The translations under genes were made by a program, and so were the position numbers. Shown here piece after piece: positions 27,871 through 38,299 of a stretch of 64,000 bases of DNA. The notes below the pieces were generated by a model that was not told the origin of the DNA, searched no databases, and saw only the letters and a program-made list of their open reading frames with translations. Source of the stretch: a virus; IMG/VR virus record IMGVR_UViG_3300013093_000022, positions 32,001 to 96,000 of that record. The stretch is one strand, 5' to 3'. Position 1 is the first letter of the stretch. The number at the start of each line of letters is the position of its first letter.

Positions 27871-30809
27871 CAGCTACCCGTTGACCCGGTGACCGGCTGG
27901 CCGTTGTTTGACGTGGAGTTGCCCGGCGTGGTTGAGACGTTGTTCATCGCCTGGTTGAACGAGCTGTAGAAGTTTGAACTGGCCTTCGGGTTGGTGGCCG
28001 CCGACACGGTGGCCGACGTCCGAAAGCCCCGCTCCCAGTCGAACTCGTGGACCACCTCGCTGACGTAGACCGAAAGGTTGTGGCCGACGAGGTTGATTCG
28101 GCTCCCGGGCAGCAGCTCCGGCAGGAACGTGACCCCGATGGTGGTGCTGTACTGGCCCGCCCACTTGCCGGTGAAAATCTGAACCGCCAGCAGGAACTCC
28201 AGCGCCGGGTTCCCGGCGACCGGGTATGAGTCCTTGTAGGGCCGGACACCGAAACGCTGCATCAACTGCTGTGCGGTCAGGTTGTTGTCGACGTCTCCGA
28301 CCGCGAACGCCTTCAGCCTCTGGAACAGGAAGGGGTTCTCCACGGTCGCGACGCCGGACGTGGTGATCCAGCCGACCGCCTGGTCGGCCTGGCCGATCAT
28401 CGTGTAGTCGCCCTCGATGTAGACGTGGGTCGTCAGGTCGTTGTCCGACAGGATGATCGAGGCGTCGGTCAGCTCGATGTCCTCGAGGTTGAAGATCGCG
28501 GGCTTGCCGTCGACCCCGAACGGGTCGGGGTAGTAGGCGCAGAAGCTGCCGTCCGGGCCCGACTGGAAGTTCCGCAGGCTGGCCATGCACAGCGACTTGA
28601 CGATCTGGATCAGGGGCTGGGAGTCGATGTAGGCCTTCTCCCCCGAGAAGTACAGGGCGCTCGCGGCGGCGTAGGCGTCGGGCTCGAAGATGTAGGAGAA
28701 CAGGTTCCGGGCGATCGGCTCTTGGCTCGACGGGGAGCCGTTTCCGGTGCCGGGGGGGACCCCGGTGCCGGGCGGCGGCGTCGGGATCCCGGCCGCTGAG
28801 ATGGCGACCGGGGTGAACGGTGCCGTGGGGTCTACCCCGCCGTTGGGGCAGACCCTTCCCGCCCAGTAGCACTGGGCCGGGTTGATCGGCTCGACCTTTC
28901 CCGGTCGACCGGTCGGGCCGCCGGTGTTGATCCACATTCCCCCGCCCAGGTAGATCCCGGTGTGGCCGCCGTTGTTTGTCTGGAGGACGTCGCCCCGCTG
29001 GGCCGACGCGGGTGGGATTGAGGGGATCGCGGACCTCTGGGTGTTGGTGCTGCGGGTGACGTCGATCCCGGTACCGGCGAGGAACGACAACTGGACCAGG
29101 TGGGAGCAGTCCATCCCCTCGGGGGTCTCCAGGTACGGGGTCAGGTACATCGAGTAGGCGGCGTTGATCGCGCACTCCGAGTCCTGGGCGGGCTTGCCGG
29201 GACGGACAGCCGACACGGCGGCACCCGACAGCGCCGAGTTGGCGGCCGCGCCCACCGCGTTCCCGGCGGTGCTCGCCACCGCGTTGGCACCGCCGGTCGC
29301 CATGTTGCCCAGGCCGCCCGCGCCCACGGCACCGAACGCCGAGTTGGCGGTGTTCTTGGCGCTCTGCTGGGCCTGCCGGTAGGCCTGGATGAGCGGTGCC
29401 GCGACCGTGGCCGCCGCCGAGTACTTCGGGATGCTCGACGACACGCTCTGCTGGACCTGCCAGATCGCCTGGCCCGGGTCCATGTTGCGCCACCCCGTCT
29501 TTGATTGGAGCGCGTCGAGGAACATCGAGGCCGACGAGTAGGGGTTCATCCGCTGGGCGGTCGTCCCCCACTGGCCGGTGGCCTGCTGCTGGAACAGGCC
29601 GACGCTGCTCCCGTCGTGGCCCACCGCGTCGTGCCAGAAGCTCATCGACGGCGGGTCGGCCGGGTTGGCGTACATCAACAGGTTCGGGGTGCCGCCGCCC
29701 GACTCGACCATCGCACACGCCAAGGCCAGGATGGCCGCGTCGCTGCTGCTGTTCTGGGCCATCTGGTTGGCCGCGTACTGGGCGACTTGCTGACCGGCCT
29801 GCTTCACATCGGTGGCCATCGCCTGGCCCCCGAAACTCGTCTGCCCGGCTGCACCGGCCGACTCCAGGACGCTCCCCACCCCCTGCAGGTTCTGCGCGTT
29901 CGCCGCATTGGCGGCGATCGGCCCCATGCCCCGGTCGTCGACGGCCTTCACGATCTGCGAGATGTAGAACTGGGTGTTGGCGTTCGCGGCGGTCGCGCCG
30001 GTCCCCAGCGGGTCGCCGGGCTGGTAGCCGACCGCCGCCATCGGCCCGGGCGAGGTGTCGTCGCCGAGGATCGTGCCCGTGAAGGCCTGGCCCAAGGCCT
30101 GGTTCTTCTCGGGGATCTGGTTCGCCACCAGGTACTGGTTGCACGAGGAGATGAATTGCTGCGGCACGTCTTGGATGTGGACCGTGTCGGGTGTCCACTT
30201 CCCGACGTCGCGCATGATGTTCCGCAGGACATTGCCGATACCGCTGTCGGTGAAGCTCCCGTCGCCTGTGTCGGTCTCCTGGCCTATCTGATCGAAGTAG
30301 GCCTGGCTGTCGGGCAGCGAGGGGTTCCACCAGGTGTGCATCAGCCGCTTCAAGGTGCATGTCGCCACGAAGTCCACGGTCCCCGGGTAGGCCTGCAGGA
30401 ACGGCACCGTGTCCAGGTAGCCGCTGAACACCTGTATCTTCGAGACCCGGGTCAGGTACAGGACCACCGTGTCCATCCGGGAGAACAGGCCGTTGTAGCG
30501 GAGGCTCTGGTTGGCCAATGTGAAGAAGAGCGACGACGCCGAGTTCTCCCTCTTCAGGACCTGGCCCCGCACGATGTCTTTTGACACGTCGTACTGGATG
30601 CCGTTGTGCCGTATCAGGATGGTGACGTCCGGGGCGTAGACCGCCGTTCCCATCGGGGGAGGGTTCAGGGTCGGGAAGGTCGCGTTCTGGCTGTGGTTCC
30701 CGATCGCCGTCTGGGTACCGGCGCTGGCGTTGGCCGGGACCCCACCGATCGCGCCGCCGGTGGTCGTGGTCCCCGGGGCCGACGCCGACGGGGTGTTGGG
30801 CGCGGTCAA
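27870..30809 (-). CDS. baseplate hub / tail lysin with lysozyme-like and NlpC/P60 domains
   Basis: TTG start at 30809; AMVES..SVGLFQQ..WG..QRMNP..SA..F; DCS..GD....GHTGIY.GGG. Confidence 0.82.
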   Translation of the reverse strand: MTAPNTPSASAPGTTTTGGAIGGVPANASAGTQTAIGNHSQNATFPTLNPPPMGTAVYAPDVTILIRHNGIQYDVSKDIVRGQVLKRENSASSLFFTLANQSLRYNGLFSRMDTVVLYLTRVSKIQVFSGYLDTVPFLQAYPGTVDFVATCTLKRLMHTWWNPSLPDSQAYFDQIGQETDTGDGSFTDSGIGNVLRNIMRDVGKWTPDTVHIQDVPQQFISSCNQYLVANQIPEKNQALGQAFTGTILGDDTSPGPMAAVGYQPGDPLGTGATAANANTQFYISQIVKAVDDRGMGPIAANAANAQNLQGVGSVLESAGAAGQTSFGGQAMATDVKQAGQQVAQYAANQMAQNSSSDAAILALACAMVESGGGTPNLLMYANPADPPSMSFWHDAVGHDGSSVGLFQQQATGQWGTTAQRMNPYSSASMFLDALQSKTGWRNMDPGQAIWQVQQSVSSSIPKYSAAATVAAPLIQAYRQAQQSAKNTANSAFGAVGAGGLGNMATGGANAVASTAGNAVGAAANSALSGAAVSAVRPGKPAQDSECAINAAYSMYLTPYLETPEGMDCSHLVQLSFLAGTGIDVTRSTNTQRSAIPSIPPASAQRGDVLQTNNGGHTGIYLGGGMWINTGGPTGRPGKVEPINPAQCYWAGRVCPNGGVDPTAPFTPVAISAAGIPTPPPGTGVPPGTGNGSPSSQEPIARNLFSYIFEPDAYAAASALYFSGEKAYIDSQPLIQIVKSLCMASLRNFQSGPDGSFCAYYPDPFGVDGKPAIFNLEDIELTDASIILSDNDLTTHVYIEGDYTMIGQADQAVGWITTSGVATVENPFLFQRLKAFAVGDVDNNLTAQQLMQRFGVRPYKDSYPVAGNPALEFLLAVQIFTGKWAGQYSTTIGVTFLPELLPGSRINLVGHNLSVYVSEVVHEFDWERGFRTSATVSAATNPKASSNFYSSFNQAMNNVSTTPGNSTSNNGQPVTGSTGS

Positions 30810-31444
30810 AACGCGATACCCCCGGTGAGGGCCTGGGTGATGCCGGGGATGACCGACGCCGTGCCGCCCGACAGGAGGTTGCTCCCCAAGGTGCTCTGCA
30901 CGGCACCGTAGAGGGCGGCGTTGCCCTGGGTGACCGCCCCGCCGATGAAGTCCTCGGCCAGCGTGAACAGGGTGTCGACGTTGCTGCCGACCGACGTGCT
31001 CTGGAACAGCCCCTGCCAGCCGCTGGCGAAGCTCTGGAACACCTGCAGGTTGCTGACCAGGGACACCACGAGCTGGAACTCGACCTGGGTTCGGGGCGCG
31101 TAGTTCCACCTCATCCCCCCGGCCTTCGTTACCGGGATGATCCCGGTCCAGTTGTTGATGTTGCGCTCCGGCCAGTTCAGGGTCACGCCGGGCAGCCCGG
31201 TTGAGTTCGAGCTCTGCGAGTTGACCATGTTGGTCCTCGCCCAGTCTTGCCACTGCTCCCACACCGCCTCGCTGGGGAACACGACGCTGCACACCAGGTC
31301 GGGCTGGAAGGCCTTGATCGGGAAGTACTGCGCCTGGGTCTTGGTCTGGACGCCACGTATCTCGCCTGAGATCGGGGAGTTGAAGCTGACGACGTTCAGG
31401 TAGAAGTCGGGCTGCCCCACCCCGCTGACCCGGAGCTGGCTCAC
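30806..31444 (-). CDS. tail/baseplate structural protein
   Basis: coupled ORF in tail operon. Confidence 0.65.
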   Translation of the reverse strand: MSQLRVSGVGQPDFYLNVVSFNSPISGEIRGVQTKTQAQYFPIKAFQPDLVCSVVFPSEAVWEQWQDWARTNMVNSQSSNSTGLPGVTLNWPERNINNWTGIIPVTKAGGMRWNYAPRTQVEFQLVVSLVSNLQVFQSFASGWQGLFQSTSVGSNVDTLFTLAEDFIGGAVTQGNAALYGAVQSTLGSNLLSGGTASVIPGITQALTGGIAF

Positions 31445-31650
31445 TGCTGCCTCGACTTCCCGAGCGCACCGATGCTGCCGCCCGCCGGAGGGGGCGCGGC
31501 CGGCGGCTCGCCACTGGCCGACGCCGCCGTCGCCGGGAACAGGAAGCCTACGGTCTTGCTGAACATGAAGCCGTTCAGGTCGGTGTCGGGCCGTGCGGCG
31601 ACCGTGATCGGCGACGACATCTTGACGTTCGACGTGTAGCGCATGGCCAC
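31441..31650 (-). CDS. small tail-region protein
   Basis: coupled ORF. Confidence 0.5.
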   Translation of the reverse strand: MAMRYTSNVKMSSPITVAARPDTDLNGFMFSKTVGFLFPATAASASGEPPAAPPPAGGSIGALGKSRQQ

Positions 31651-31663
31651 AGGACGATACCCC

Positions 31664-32383
31664 CTACCCGCCTATGTAGCTGGCGATTGAGCCGATGATG
31701 TTTCCCGCCCCGGGAATCCCGGGGACCGGTGGGGCGGTCTGGACGGTCGGTGCCACGGGGTTCAGTGTCGACTGGAACCCCGACGACCCGCCGTACTCGT
31801 TGTTCGGGATGTTCACCCCGGCGAAGTCGAAGTTGTTGAAACCGGACGTCACGAACCCGATGCCGTCGGAGATCGCCTTGAACGCCTGGTCCAGTGAGGC
31901 CGACGTCTGGACGCCCGAGATGTCCTCTTGGATGCGGAAGCTCAACTCCAGCTCACGGACCGTCTCCCCGACCGCGTCGTGGTAGGGGAGGCTGTCGGCG
32001 AACACCTTGAGACGCCAGTTGCGGGTCGTGTAGGTGAACGTCGCCGCCAGCCCGTTGCGCTGCTGCACCATCAGGTCGCGCACCCACTGGACGACGTACA
32101 TGGCGTAGTTCCAGCCGCCCTGACCGCAGTCGATGGTGACCTTCAGGTTGTCCATCTTGATGCCCAGGATCTGGATGACCCGGCCCCCGTAGGTTTCCGT
32201 GACGAACGTCTTCATCTCGTAGTTCCAGGTGATCGAGTTCGGGTTGGTGCGGAACTGGAGCGGGGCACCGACCGCCGGGTGGCTCAGGGTGCATATCCCG
32301 CGGGCCGCTTGGAGCTGGGTCGGGGGCACGTTGAGGCTCGGCGCGGCGACCTGCGGGATCGGCGACGGGGTGGGGCTGGTCAT
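31664..32383 (-). CDS. tail tube initiator-like protein
   Basis: F..NP.SI.W.Y...T..TYGG motif; directly after tape measure. Confidence 0.6.
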   Translation of the reverse strand: MTSPTPSPIPQVAAPSLNVPPTQLQAARGICTLSHPAVGAPLQFRTNPNSITWNYEMKTFVTETYGGRVIQILGIKMDNLKVTIDCGQGGWNYAMYVVQWVRDLMVQQRNGLAATFTYTTRNWRLKVFADSLPYHDAVGETVRELELSFRIQEDISGVQTSASLDQAFKAISDGIGFVTSGFNNFDFAGVNIPNNEYGGSSGFQSTLNPVAPTVQTAPPVPGIPGAGNIIGSIASYIGG

Positions 32384-34731
32384 CAGTGGGCCCCGGTCGA
32401 CGTGTTCGGCCCGTAGCCGACCGGCTCGTTGTTCACGCTCGCCCCGCCGACACCGGCGTTCGCCTGCTGCTGGTTCGGGGTCAGCGGCACCGGGTTCGGC
32501 GACGCCGAGGCGTTGCCCTGCTTGTCGATCGAGATCCTCACCGAGGCGGGGGAGAAGTTGACGTGGGTCTGCCCCCCGGTCCGGAAGGCCTGGTCCGAGT
32601 TCGCCGAGGTCTGGGCCAGTGTGATGCCCGGGCCGTCGTCACCCTTCTTCCGCCACTTGGCCTGGCCGCTGGCCAGGGCCTGGACCTGCTCTCGGTTTCC
32701 CGACAGGGCCGCCCACTGTCCGCCCTGGTTGACCTCGACCTGGTCGGCACCGTACTGGCCGACGATCTGGCTGATGATCGGGTTCTGGGCCTCGGCGTTG
32801 ATGTTGTAGTGGGCCTGGTCTATGACCTTGTTCCCGTGGTCCCACGCCCTCCCGGCCGCGTCGAAGTCGCCGTGGAGCACGTCGGCCCCCGCTTTGACCA
32901 TGTCCCAGACTCCGTCGCCGACGGCCCCCAACCCCTGGCCTACATCAGCGACCGCGCCCATCTCCGGGTTGACCTCGCCGACGATCTTCTGGCGCTCCTC
33001 CTTGCCCTGCTTCGCCGGGTTCTGCCCGCCCATCACCTGGAGCACGAACTGGATCGACTGCTCGGTGTCCATCTGCTGGCCCGGGAACATCCGCTGCGAG
33101 ATGTTCATGAACACCGCGACCCGGTTCAGGAACCGGGGGTCGCCACGGTCGGCCGGGTATCCCCGGAAGAGCTTCCTCACCAGGTTCTCCATCGCCTGGC
33201 CGCTCACGTCGTTGGCGTTCATGCCCTTCGACTGCATGTACGGCAACAGCATCTGGGGGTTCAGGCCCGGGACCCGGACACCGCTGTAGGTCTCCAGCAG
33301 GGCCGACGAGGCGGCGGTCGAACCGGCGCTGCCCACCATGTTCCCCCACTGACCGGCCAGCGCCTTGTTGTCCTTGAACCCCCCGAGGGCGTCGAGCATC
33401 GCCTCCGACGCCTCCGGGCCCCCGGCACCGCCCGAGATCAACTGACTCGTGCCCTGGGTGAACATCCGGTCCAGGTCGGGCTGGCTCAGGTAGCCGGTCT
33501 TGGACATCTCCTTGAGCGTGCCGAGCGACGCCGCCAGGCCCATGACCGACTGGCCGCCCTCGGCGACGTTCTTCCTCAACATCGAGACCGTGTCGCTGAC
33601 CTGGATGTTCATGTCCTTCAGGTTCTGGGCCATGAACTGGGTGACCGTGTCGAACTGCTTGCCCTTGTACCCCTCCGACAGGCCGGCCATGATGACCTGG
33701 CGCGACTGCTCGGTCGAGATGAACGGGTTCAGGGCCAGCGACCGGATCCCGACCTCGGTCTCCATGCCCTCGGCGGCACCGCCGCCGTTGATCGACCCCA
33801 GGTTCTTGTAGTTCTGGTAGATCGAGCCGCCCTTCTCGAGGAAACCCAGACCGGCCAGTCCCAGGCCCACCGGGCCGGTGATGCCGCCCAGCTTCCTCAA
33901 CAGTCCGCCGCCGAGACCGGCCATGAGCGATCCCCCGGGCAGGCCCGGGAGGCCCTGCTGGGCCGGCCCGGAGCTGTTCGGGGCCGCCTGCGAGTTGGGG
34001 CGCATCATGTTGCCCACCGCGCCCAGGACCTTGTTGCCCATGCTCATGGCGCTCAGCCCCGAGCCGCCGCCGACGTTCATCTCGTTCGCGATGTTGTTCA
34101 GCAGCCCGCCGGCCCCGAAGCCGCTCGTGATCCCCTGACCGGCACCCCCGCCGCTGGCGGTATTCATCGCCTGCTGGGCCTGGATCTTGTCCCGGGCCTC
34201 GACCCGGGCAGCCGACGCCTGCATGTCGGCCGGGGCCCCGCTGCCCGTCACTGGGATGTCGCCCGGCTGGATCCGGTTCCTGCCCGTCTGGGCGTTCACG
34301 TACTTGTACGGGTCCTGCTGCTGGATTTGGTCGGCCGTGTTCGGTGCCGGTGCCCGGCCCGACCCCATCCCGGCACCCATCCCGGCGAAGGCGTCCACAT
34401 AGCCTTGGGGGGCCGACCGGGACAGGGGCAGCGCTTGGGCCGAGCTGCCCCCCCCGACGCCGCCCATCGCCCTCTGCTGCAGGTCGGCGTTGCGCTCCAG
34501 TTGGGCGGCCAGGTTCCGGTAGGCCTCGGTGGCCATGTTCCCGGCCTGCACCATCTGCTGGATGTAGCCGACGAACGTGGTGCTGCTCTTCGCGGCGGCC
34601 TCGACCGAGGCCCGGAAGTTGTTGATGCCGGTCGACATCTCCTTCAGCGACTGGATGCCCTCGGTGGGGACGTCGATCGAGACCCTGGCGGCGACGTAGT
34701 CGTCGCCTTGGGTGAAGCCCGGCCCGGTCAC
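32383..34731 (-). CDS. tape measure protein
   Basis: Ala/Gly/Met-rich helical 782 aa directly after frameshifting chaperones. Confidence 0.8.
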   Translation of the reverse strand: MTGPGFTQGDDYVAARVSIDVPTEGIQSLKEMSTGINNFRASVEAAAKSSTTFVGYIQQMVQAGNMATEAYRNLAAQLERNADLQQRAMGGVGGGSSAQALPLSRSAPQGYVDAFAGMGAGMGSGRAPAPNTADQIQQQDPYKYVNAQTGRNRIQPGDIPVTGSGAPADMQASAARVEARDKIQAQQAMNTASGGGAGQGITSGFGAGGLLNNIANEMNVGGGSGLSAMSMGNKVLGAVGNMMRPNSQAAPNSSGPAQQGLPGLPGGSLMAGLGGGLLRKLGGITGPVGLGLAGLGFLEKGGSIYQNYKNLGSINGGGAAEGMETEVGIRSLALNPFISTEQSRQVIMAGLSEGYKGKQFDTVTQFMAQNLKDMNIQVSDTVSMLRKNVAEGGQSVMGLAASLGTLKEMSKTGYLSQPDLDRMFTQGTSQLISGGAGGPEASEAMLDALGGFKDNKALAGQWGNMVGSAGSTAASSALLETYSGVRVPGLNPQMLLPYMQSKGMNANDVSGQAMENLVRKLFRGYPADRGDPRFLNRVAVFMNISQRMFPGQQMDTEQSIQFVLQVMGGQNPAKQGKEERQKIVGEVNPEMGAVADVGQGLGAVGDGVWDMVKAGADVLHGDFDAAGRAWDHGNKVIDQAHYNINAEAQNPIISQIVGQYGADQVEVNQGGQWAALSGNREQVQALASGQAKWRKKGDDGPGITLAQTSANSDQAFRTGGQTHVNFSPASVRISIDKQGNASASPNPVPLTPNQQQANAGVGGASVNNEPVGYGPNTSTGAH

Positions 34732-34744
34732 CTACCACACCCCC

Positions 34745-35661
34745 TCACTGCCACGGACCCCACTCCTGGCCGACCGCGCTCGCACCCGACACGGTGTGGG
34801 TGCCGTTCAGGACCTGCTGGAGCCTGCGGTCGTCCTTCCACTTGCGCTCCTGCTCGGCGAAGTACTGGTCCATCTCGGCGACGTCGGTGACCGGGGCACC
34901 CTCGGGGTCGGACCACTGGCCCAGCACCTTGTCCTTGAAGAACTTCATCCAGTTCTCGGGTGCCAGGTACAGGGTCAGCGACTCCAGCATCTTGTCCCTG
35001 TCCTCCAACTCGTCGCGGCGGCGCATCCAGAAGGCGTACGACTGGGCCCAGTGCTGGACCTTGTTCACCGACCTGCTGGTGAGGTGTCCCCGCTCGTAGG
35101 CTAGACGGACCAGGGCTTCCGACCTGGGGTCTAGCCGGTCAATTTTCCCAATTTGATCGCCAACTCCGCGAACTCTTTGTCCAGGTTCAGGATGTGCGGG
35201 TAGGCCTCCATGATCACCGAGGCGTGGGCCTTCCGCAGGACGTTCAGCTTGGCCTCGAAAACCGACTCAGGGGACTCGTCGGACGACCAGGGGGTGTAGA
35301 TGGGGCGACCGTCTATGGTCTTGATTCCGGCGGCGCACGTGGCCAACTGGACGGCTCTGGCGTAGGCCTCGGTCCCCAGGTAGTCCTTGGTGAACACCCC
35401 GACGCGGAGGTCGTCGTCGACGTTCAAAGACTCGATGCCGACGCTGTGGCCCATGACTGAGATCGTCTTGGCCCTCTTCCCGCAGTTCAACAGGGTCGCG
35501 AAGGCTTCCTGCTCCTCGTCGTCGGGCTCCCACACGGTTTCGGTGTCGTCCCCGCCGACCAGTCGCCGGGTCTGGGGGACCGTGATCTCCTGCGGGGGGA
35601 TGAACGACGACGTGGGGTCGTCGGTGAGTCCGGTCTGCTCGGTGAATCCGGTGGCTGCCAT
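34745..35661 (-). CDS. tail assembly chaperone, long (-1 frameshift) form; short form 35131-35661
   Basis: G GGA AAA slippery site; the -1 frame reads IDRLDPRSEALVRLAYERGHLTSRSVNKVQHW into ORF 34745-35068. Confidence 0.88.
35143..35149 (-). other. programmed -1 ribosomal frameshift site GGGAAAA
   Basis: XXXYYYZ heptamer 3 codons before the TAG. Confidence 0.88.
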
Positions 35662-35925
35662 GCGGGGAACTCCTCAAAAAGGAAAAGGCGAACGCCTCTA
35701 CTCTTTACCTGGGTGAATGCCCGGTCTTTCACAGGCACCAGGAGTTTATCCCCGAGCGTTTCGGACCAGCAAACTCACCGATATTCGGTGTCTTCGGTCC
35801 TTTTCATAGTGCCGGTCGGGATCCGGGCACCGCCCAACAGGCCAGCCACCTCCGACACGGGGGGCACCCCTCGGGCCTCCCGGTTCGGCAGCCCGTACTG
35901 CTGAGACTGCGGGGTGATCTGCATG

Positions 35926-36114
35926 TCAGGCGGCGGGCTTGTTCGGGACCAGCCAGGTGGCGACCACGGTCAGCACGCCCAGCAGGGTCGACACCAGGGG
36001 CTGGTCGGGCAGGAATGGAATCTGGTTGTAGGCGGTCAACAGGGTTACCGCGACGCCGACCGCAGCGACGGCCGCCTTGCGTGCCGTGGCGACCCAATCC
36101 AAGAAGTTCGTCAT
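35926..36114 (-). CDS. holin-like two-TM protein
   Basis: RKAAVAAVG..LT....W.VPN pattern seen in actinophage holins. Confidence 0.6.
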   Translation of the reverse strand: MTNFLDWVATARKAAVAAVGVAVTLLTAYNQIPFLPDQPLVSTLLGVLTVVATWLVPNKPAA

Positions 36115-36136
36115 CTCATTCGTCCCTTTTTTGTGG

Positions 36137-36607
36137 TTAAACGGGCGTCGTGTAGCAGTACTGCATGGTCAGGGTCTTGGGCAGGGTCATCGTCCCGATG
36201 TTGATGTTCTCGCCCTCGTCGATGTCGGTGATCACCACGTTGTGGTACACCCTCGAGCGCATGAAGCCGGTCGGCGACTTGATGACCTTCTGCATCGTCA
36301 CCGTCCCCAGGTTGATCTGGGCCTGCAGCACCTGAAGCAGGTTCGCCGTCCCCTGCAGGCCGGGCAGCATTGACCAGACCGGCTCGTTCCACAGCTCGTA
36401 GAACGTGCAACGCAGGGTGCCGCACCCGACCGCGAGCGCGGTCACGATCTCCAGCGGCACCGACTCGTCGATCGGCTGCACCGCCTGGGCGGTCGCCACC
36501 GGGGCCGGGGGCGTGTCCTGCATGACCTGGAGGTAGGCCAGGCGCTGGCCGTTCCACATCATGGTGGTGAACCCGGAACCACCGATCCTGGTTACTGACG
36601 CGACCAT
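36137..36607 (-). CDS. tail tube protein
   Basis: 156 aa immediately after sheath. Confidence 0.8.
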   Translation of the reverse strand: MVASVTRIGGSGFTTMMWNGQRLAYLQVMQDTPPAPVATAQAVQPIDESVPLEIVTALAVGCGTLRCTFYELWNEPVWSMLPGLQGTANLLQVLQAQINLGTVTMQKVIKSPTGFMRSRVYHNVVITDIDEGENINIGTMTLPKTLTMQYCYTTPV

Positions 36608-36625
36608 ACTCTGTCCCCTACCCTA

Positions 36626-38236
36626 CTAGTCGCTCTGGAGCGTGTTTGACGCGCCGCCGAAGTCGTTGACCGCCGAGCTCGACGGGCCAGCGGCCGAACT
36701 CATCAAGCCGCTCTGCGTGTTCTGGGTGGTCGTGAAGTCCGACGCATTCGGAGACGCCCCGGTTGAGGTTACGGTCCCGGTGCTCAGGTCGATCCCGAAG
36801 GTCAACACGATGTAGTTCAACGGCATCGAGGGCTTCCAGTTGTACGAGATTTCCAGCACGTCGGGGTTGGTGATCAGTTGGCGTACGGTCAGGGAGTTAT
36901 AGCCCGCGATCAGGCCGTTCACGAGCAGCGACTGGAGGCCGGCCTCGGCGGCGGCCTTCACATTGATCATCGTGTAGTCGTAGATCGGCTGGCCGATGAG
37001 GTTCGAGTTCTGCAGGTAGGCCCGCAGCGTGTACACCATCGAGTCCTGCTGGCCGACGATGTTCCACTCCCGGTGGAAGAGGTCGGCGTTGTTGGTGGTC
37101 ACCCCGTGGCGGACCCACATCCGGCCCCCGTTCGGGGGTGCCATCTCGATGACCATCAGCCCGTTCTGCGACTCGAAGCTCTTCTGGCTGTCGTTCACGC
37201 TGTCGTTGATCCCGGCGAAACCGGTGATCGCCTTGTGGGTCAGGGGTTGGGCGGCGCTCATGCTGACCGCCATACCGGCCAGGGCGCACGCGATGTACTG
37301 TCCCCCCAGGTTGATGGTCTGGCTCAGCTCCGGAGAGTAGTACGAGAAGCTGGTCGGCGAGACGAGTGCGATCCGCTCGTCGTACAGGTCGGAGGCGTAC
37401 TGGATCCGCTGCGTGCTCGACACCGTGTTCCCGGCCGTGCCGTCCATGCCGAGGATCGCCCGCCGCTCGAAACGGCTCGCCGACTGCTGGTCGACGTGCT
37501 CCTGGACCGCCTGGTTCAGGGGGCCCAGGTACGATCCGCTGCACGGCACCACGACCGACACCAGGGCCTGGTCGTTGAGGAGCTGGAGGGCGTTGTAGTA
37601 GTCGCCGTAGTTGGGGGCGCTCGGGTTGGCCGGATTCACCGCGACCGTCATCACCTGGCTGGCACCGTTCAAGAAGGCGAACTTCGCGCCCAAGGTCAGC
37701 TCCGACTGGACGACGAAGCCGTTCGGGTTGGTGGTCGTCGGGACCGACGCGAACGGGGCACCGTACATGGTGACCACGTCGTTGTAGGTGTAGAAGACCT
37801 GCGGCTGGTAGTAGCTGGCGTCGGTGTAGGTGTACGAGATCTGGACGACCTGGCCGACGTTGATGTGCCCCGAGATGACGCGGGAGATCGCGTACGCCGA
37901 GGCGGCGGTGCCGCTCGCGGTTCCGTTGACCGACACGACCGTGTAGTCGGTGTTCAGGGTGTACACCTGGCCGGTGCTGGGGTTGGACACCACGATCGTG
38001 GCCTGGTCGATGCCCAACTGGGCCAGGGTGGCGTTGATCGCCGGGACCGAGGTGCTGGTGTCGGGGTTGATGACGATGCTCTGCACGAACTTGTTCGACC
38101 CGATCGACAGGCCGACCAAGGCGACGGCCGTGGGGATCGCGTTGTTGATCGCCAGGACGGTCGTCTCAGTGGGGTTGGTGTAGACCCCGGGCGGCAGGTA
38201 CCTGGAGAAGTCGACAGCCTGCGACGGAGTGCTCAT
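36626..38236 (-). CDS. tail sheath protein
   Basis: YLPPGVY N-terminus, A..AFLNGA, ERRAILG, WVRHGVTT, P.PLNYI. Confidence 0.9.
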   Translation of the reverse strand: MSTPSQAVDFSRYLPPGVYTNPTETTVLAINNAIPTAVALVGLSIGSNKFVQSIVINPDTSTSVPAINATLAQLGIDQATIVVSNPSTGQVYTLNTDYTVVSVNGTASGTAASAYAISRVISGHINVGQVVQISYTYTDASYYQPQVFYTYNDVVTMYGAPFASVPTTTNPNGFVVQSELTLGAKFAFLNGASQVMTVAVNPANPSAPNYGDYYNALQLLNDQALVSVVVPCSGSYLGPLNQAVQEHVDQQSASRFERRAILGMDGTAGNTVSSTQRIQYASDLYDERIALVSPTSFSYYSPELSQTINLGGQYIACALAGMAVSMSAAQPLTHKAITGFAGINDSVNDSQKSFESQNGLMVIEMAPPNGGRMWVRHGVTTNNADLFHREWNIVGQQDSMVYTLRAYLQNSNLIGQPIYDYTMINVKAAAEAGLQSLLVNGLIAGYNSLTVRQLITNPDVLEISYNWKPSMPLNYIVLTFGIDLSTGTVTSTGASPNASDFTTTQNTQSGLMSSAAGPSSSAVNDFGGASNTLQSD

Positions 38237-38299
38237 CGGCAGAAACCCCTAACGGTCAGTAAATGTCTTCACTCTTTAGAGGGGCAGACCGGTGCCGGT

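Noticed and set aside
27874-30906. 1010-aa alternative-frame ORF
   Set aside because: Arg/Pro/Gly-rich off-frame artefact overlapping the hub gene
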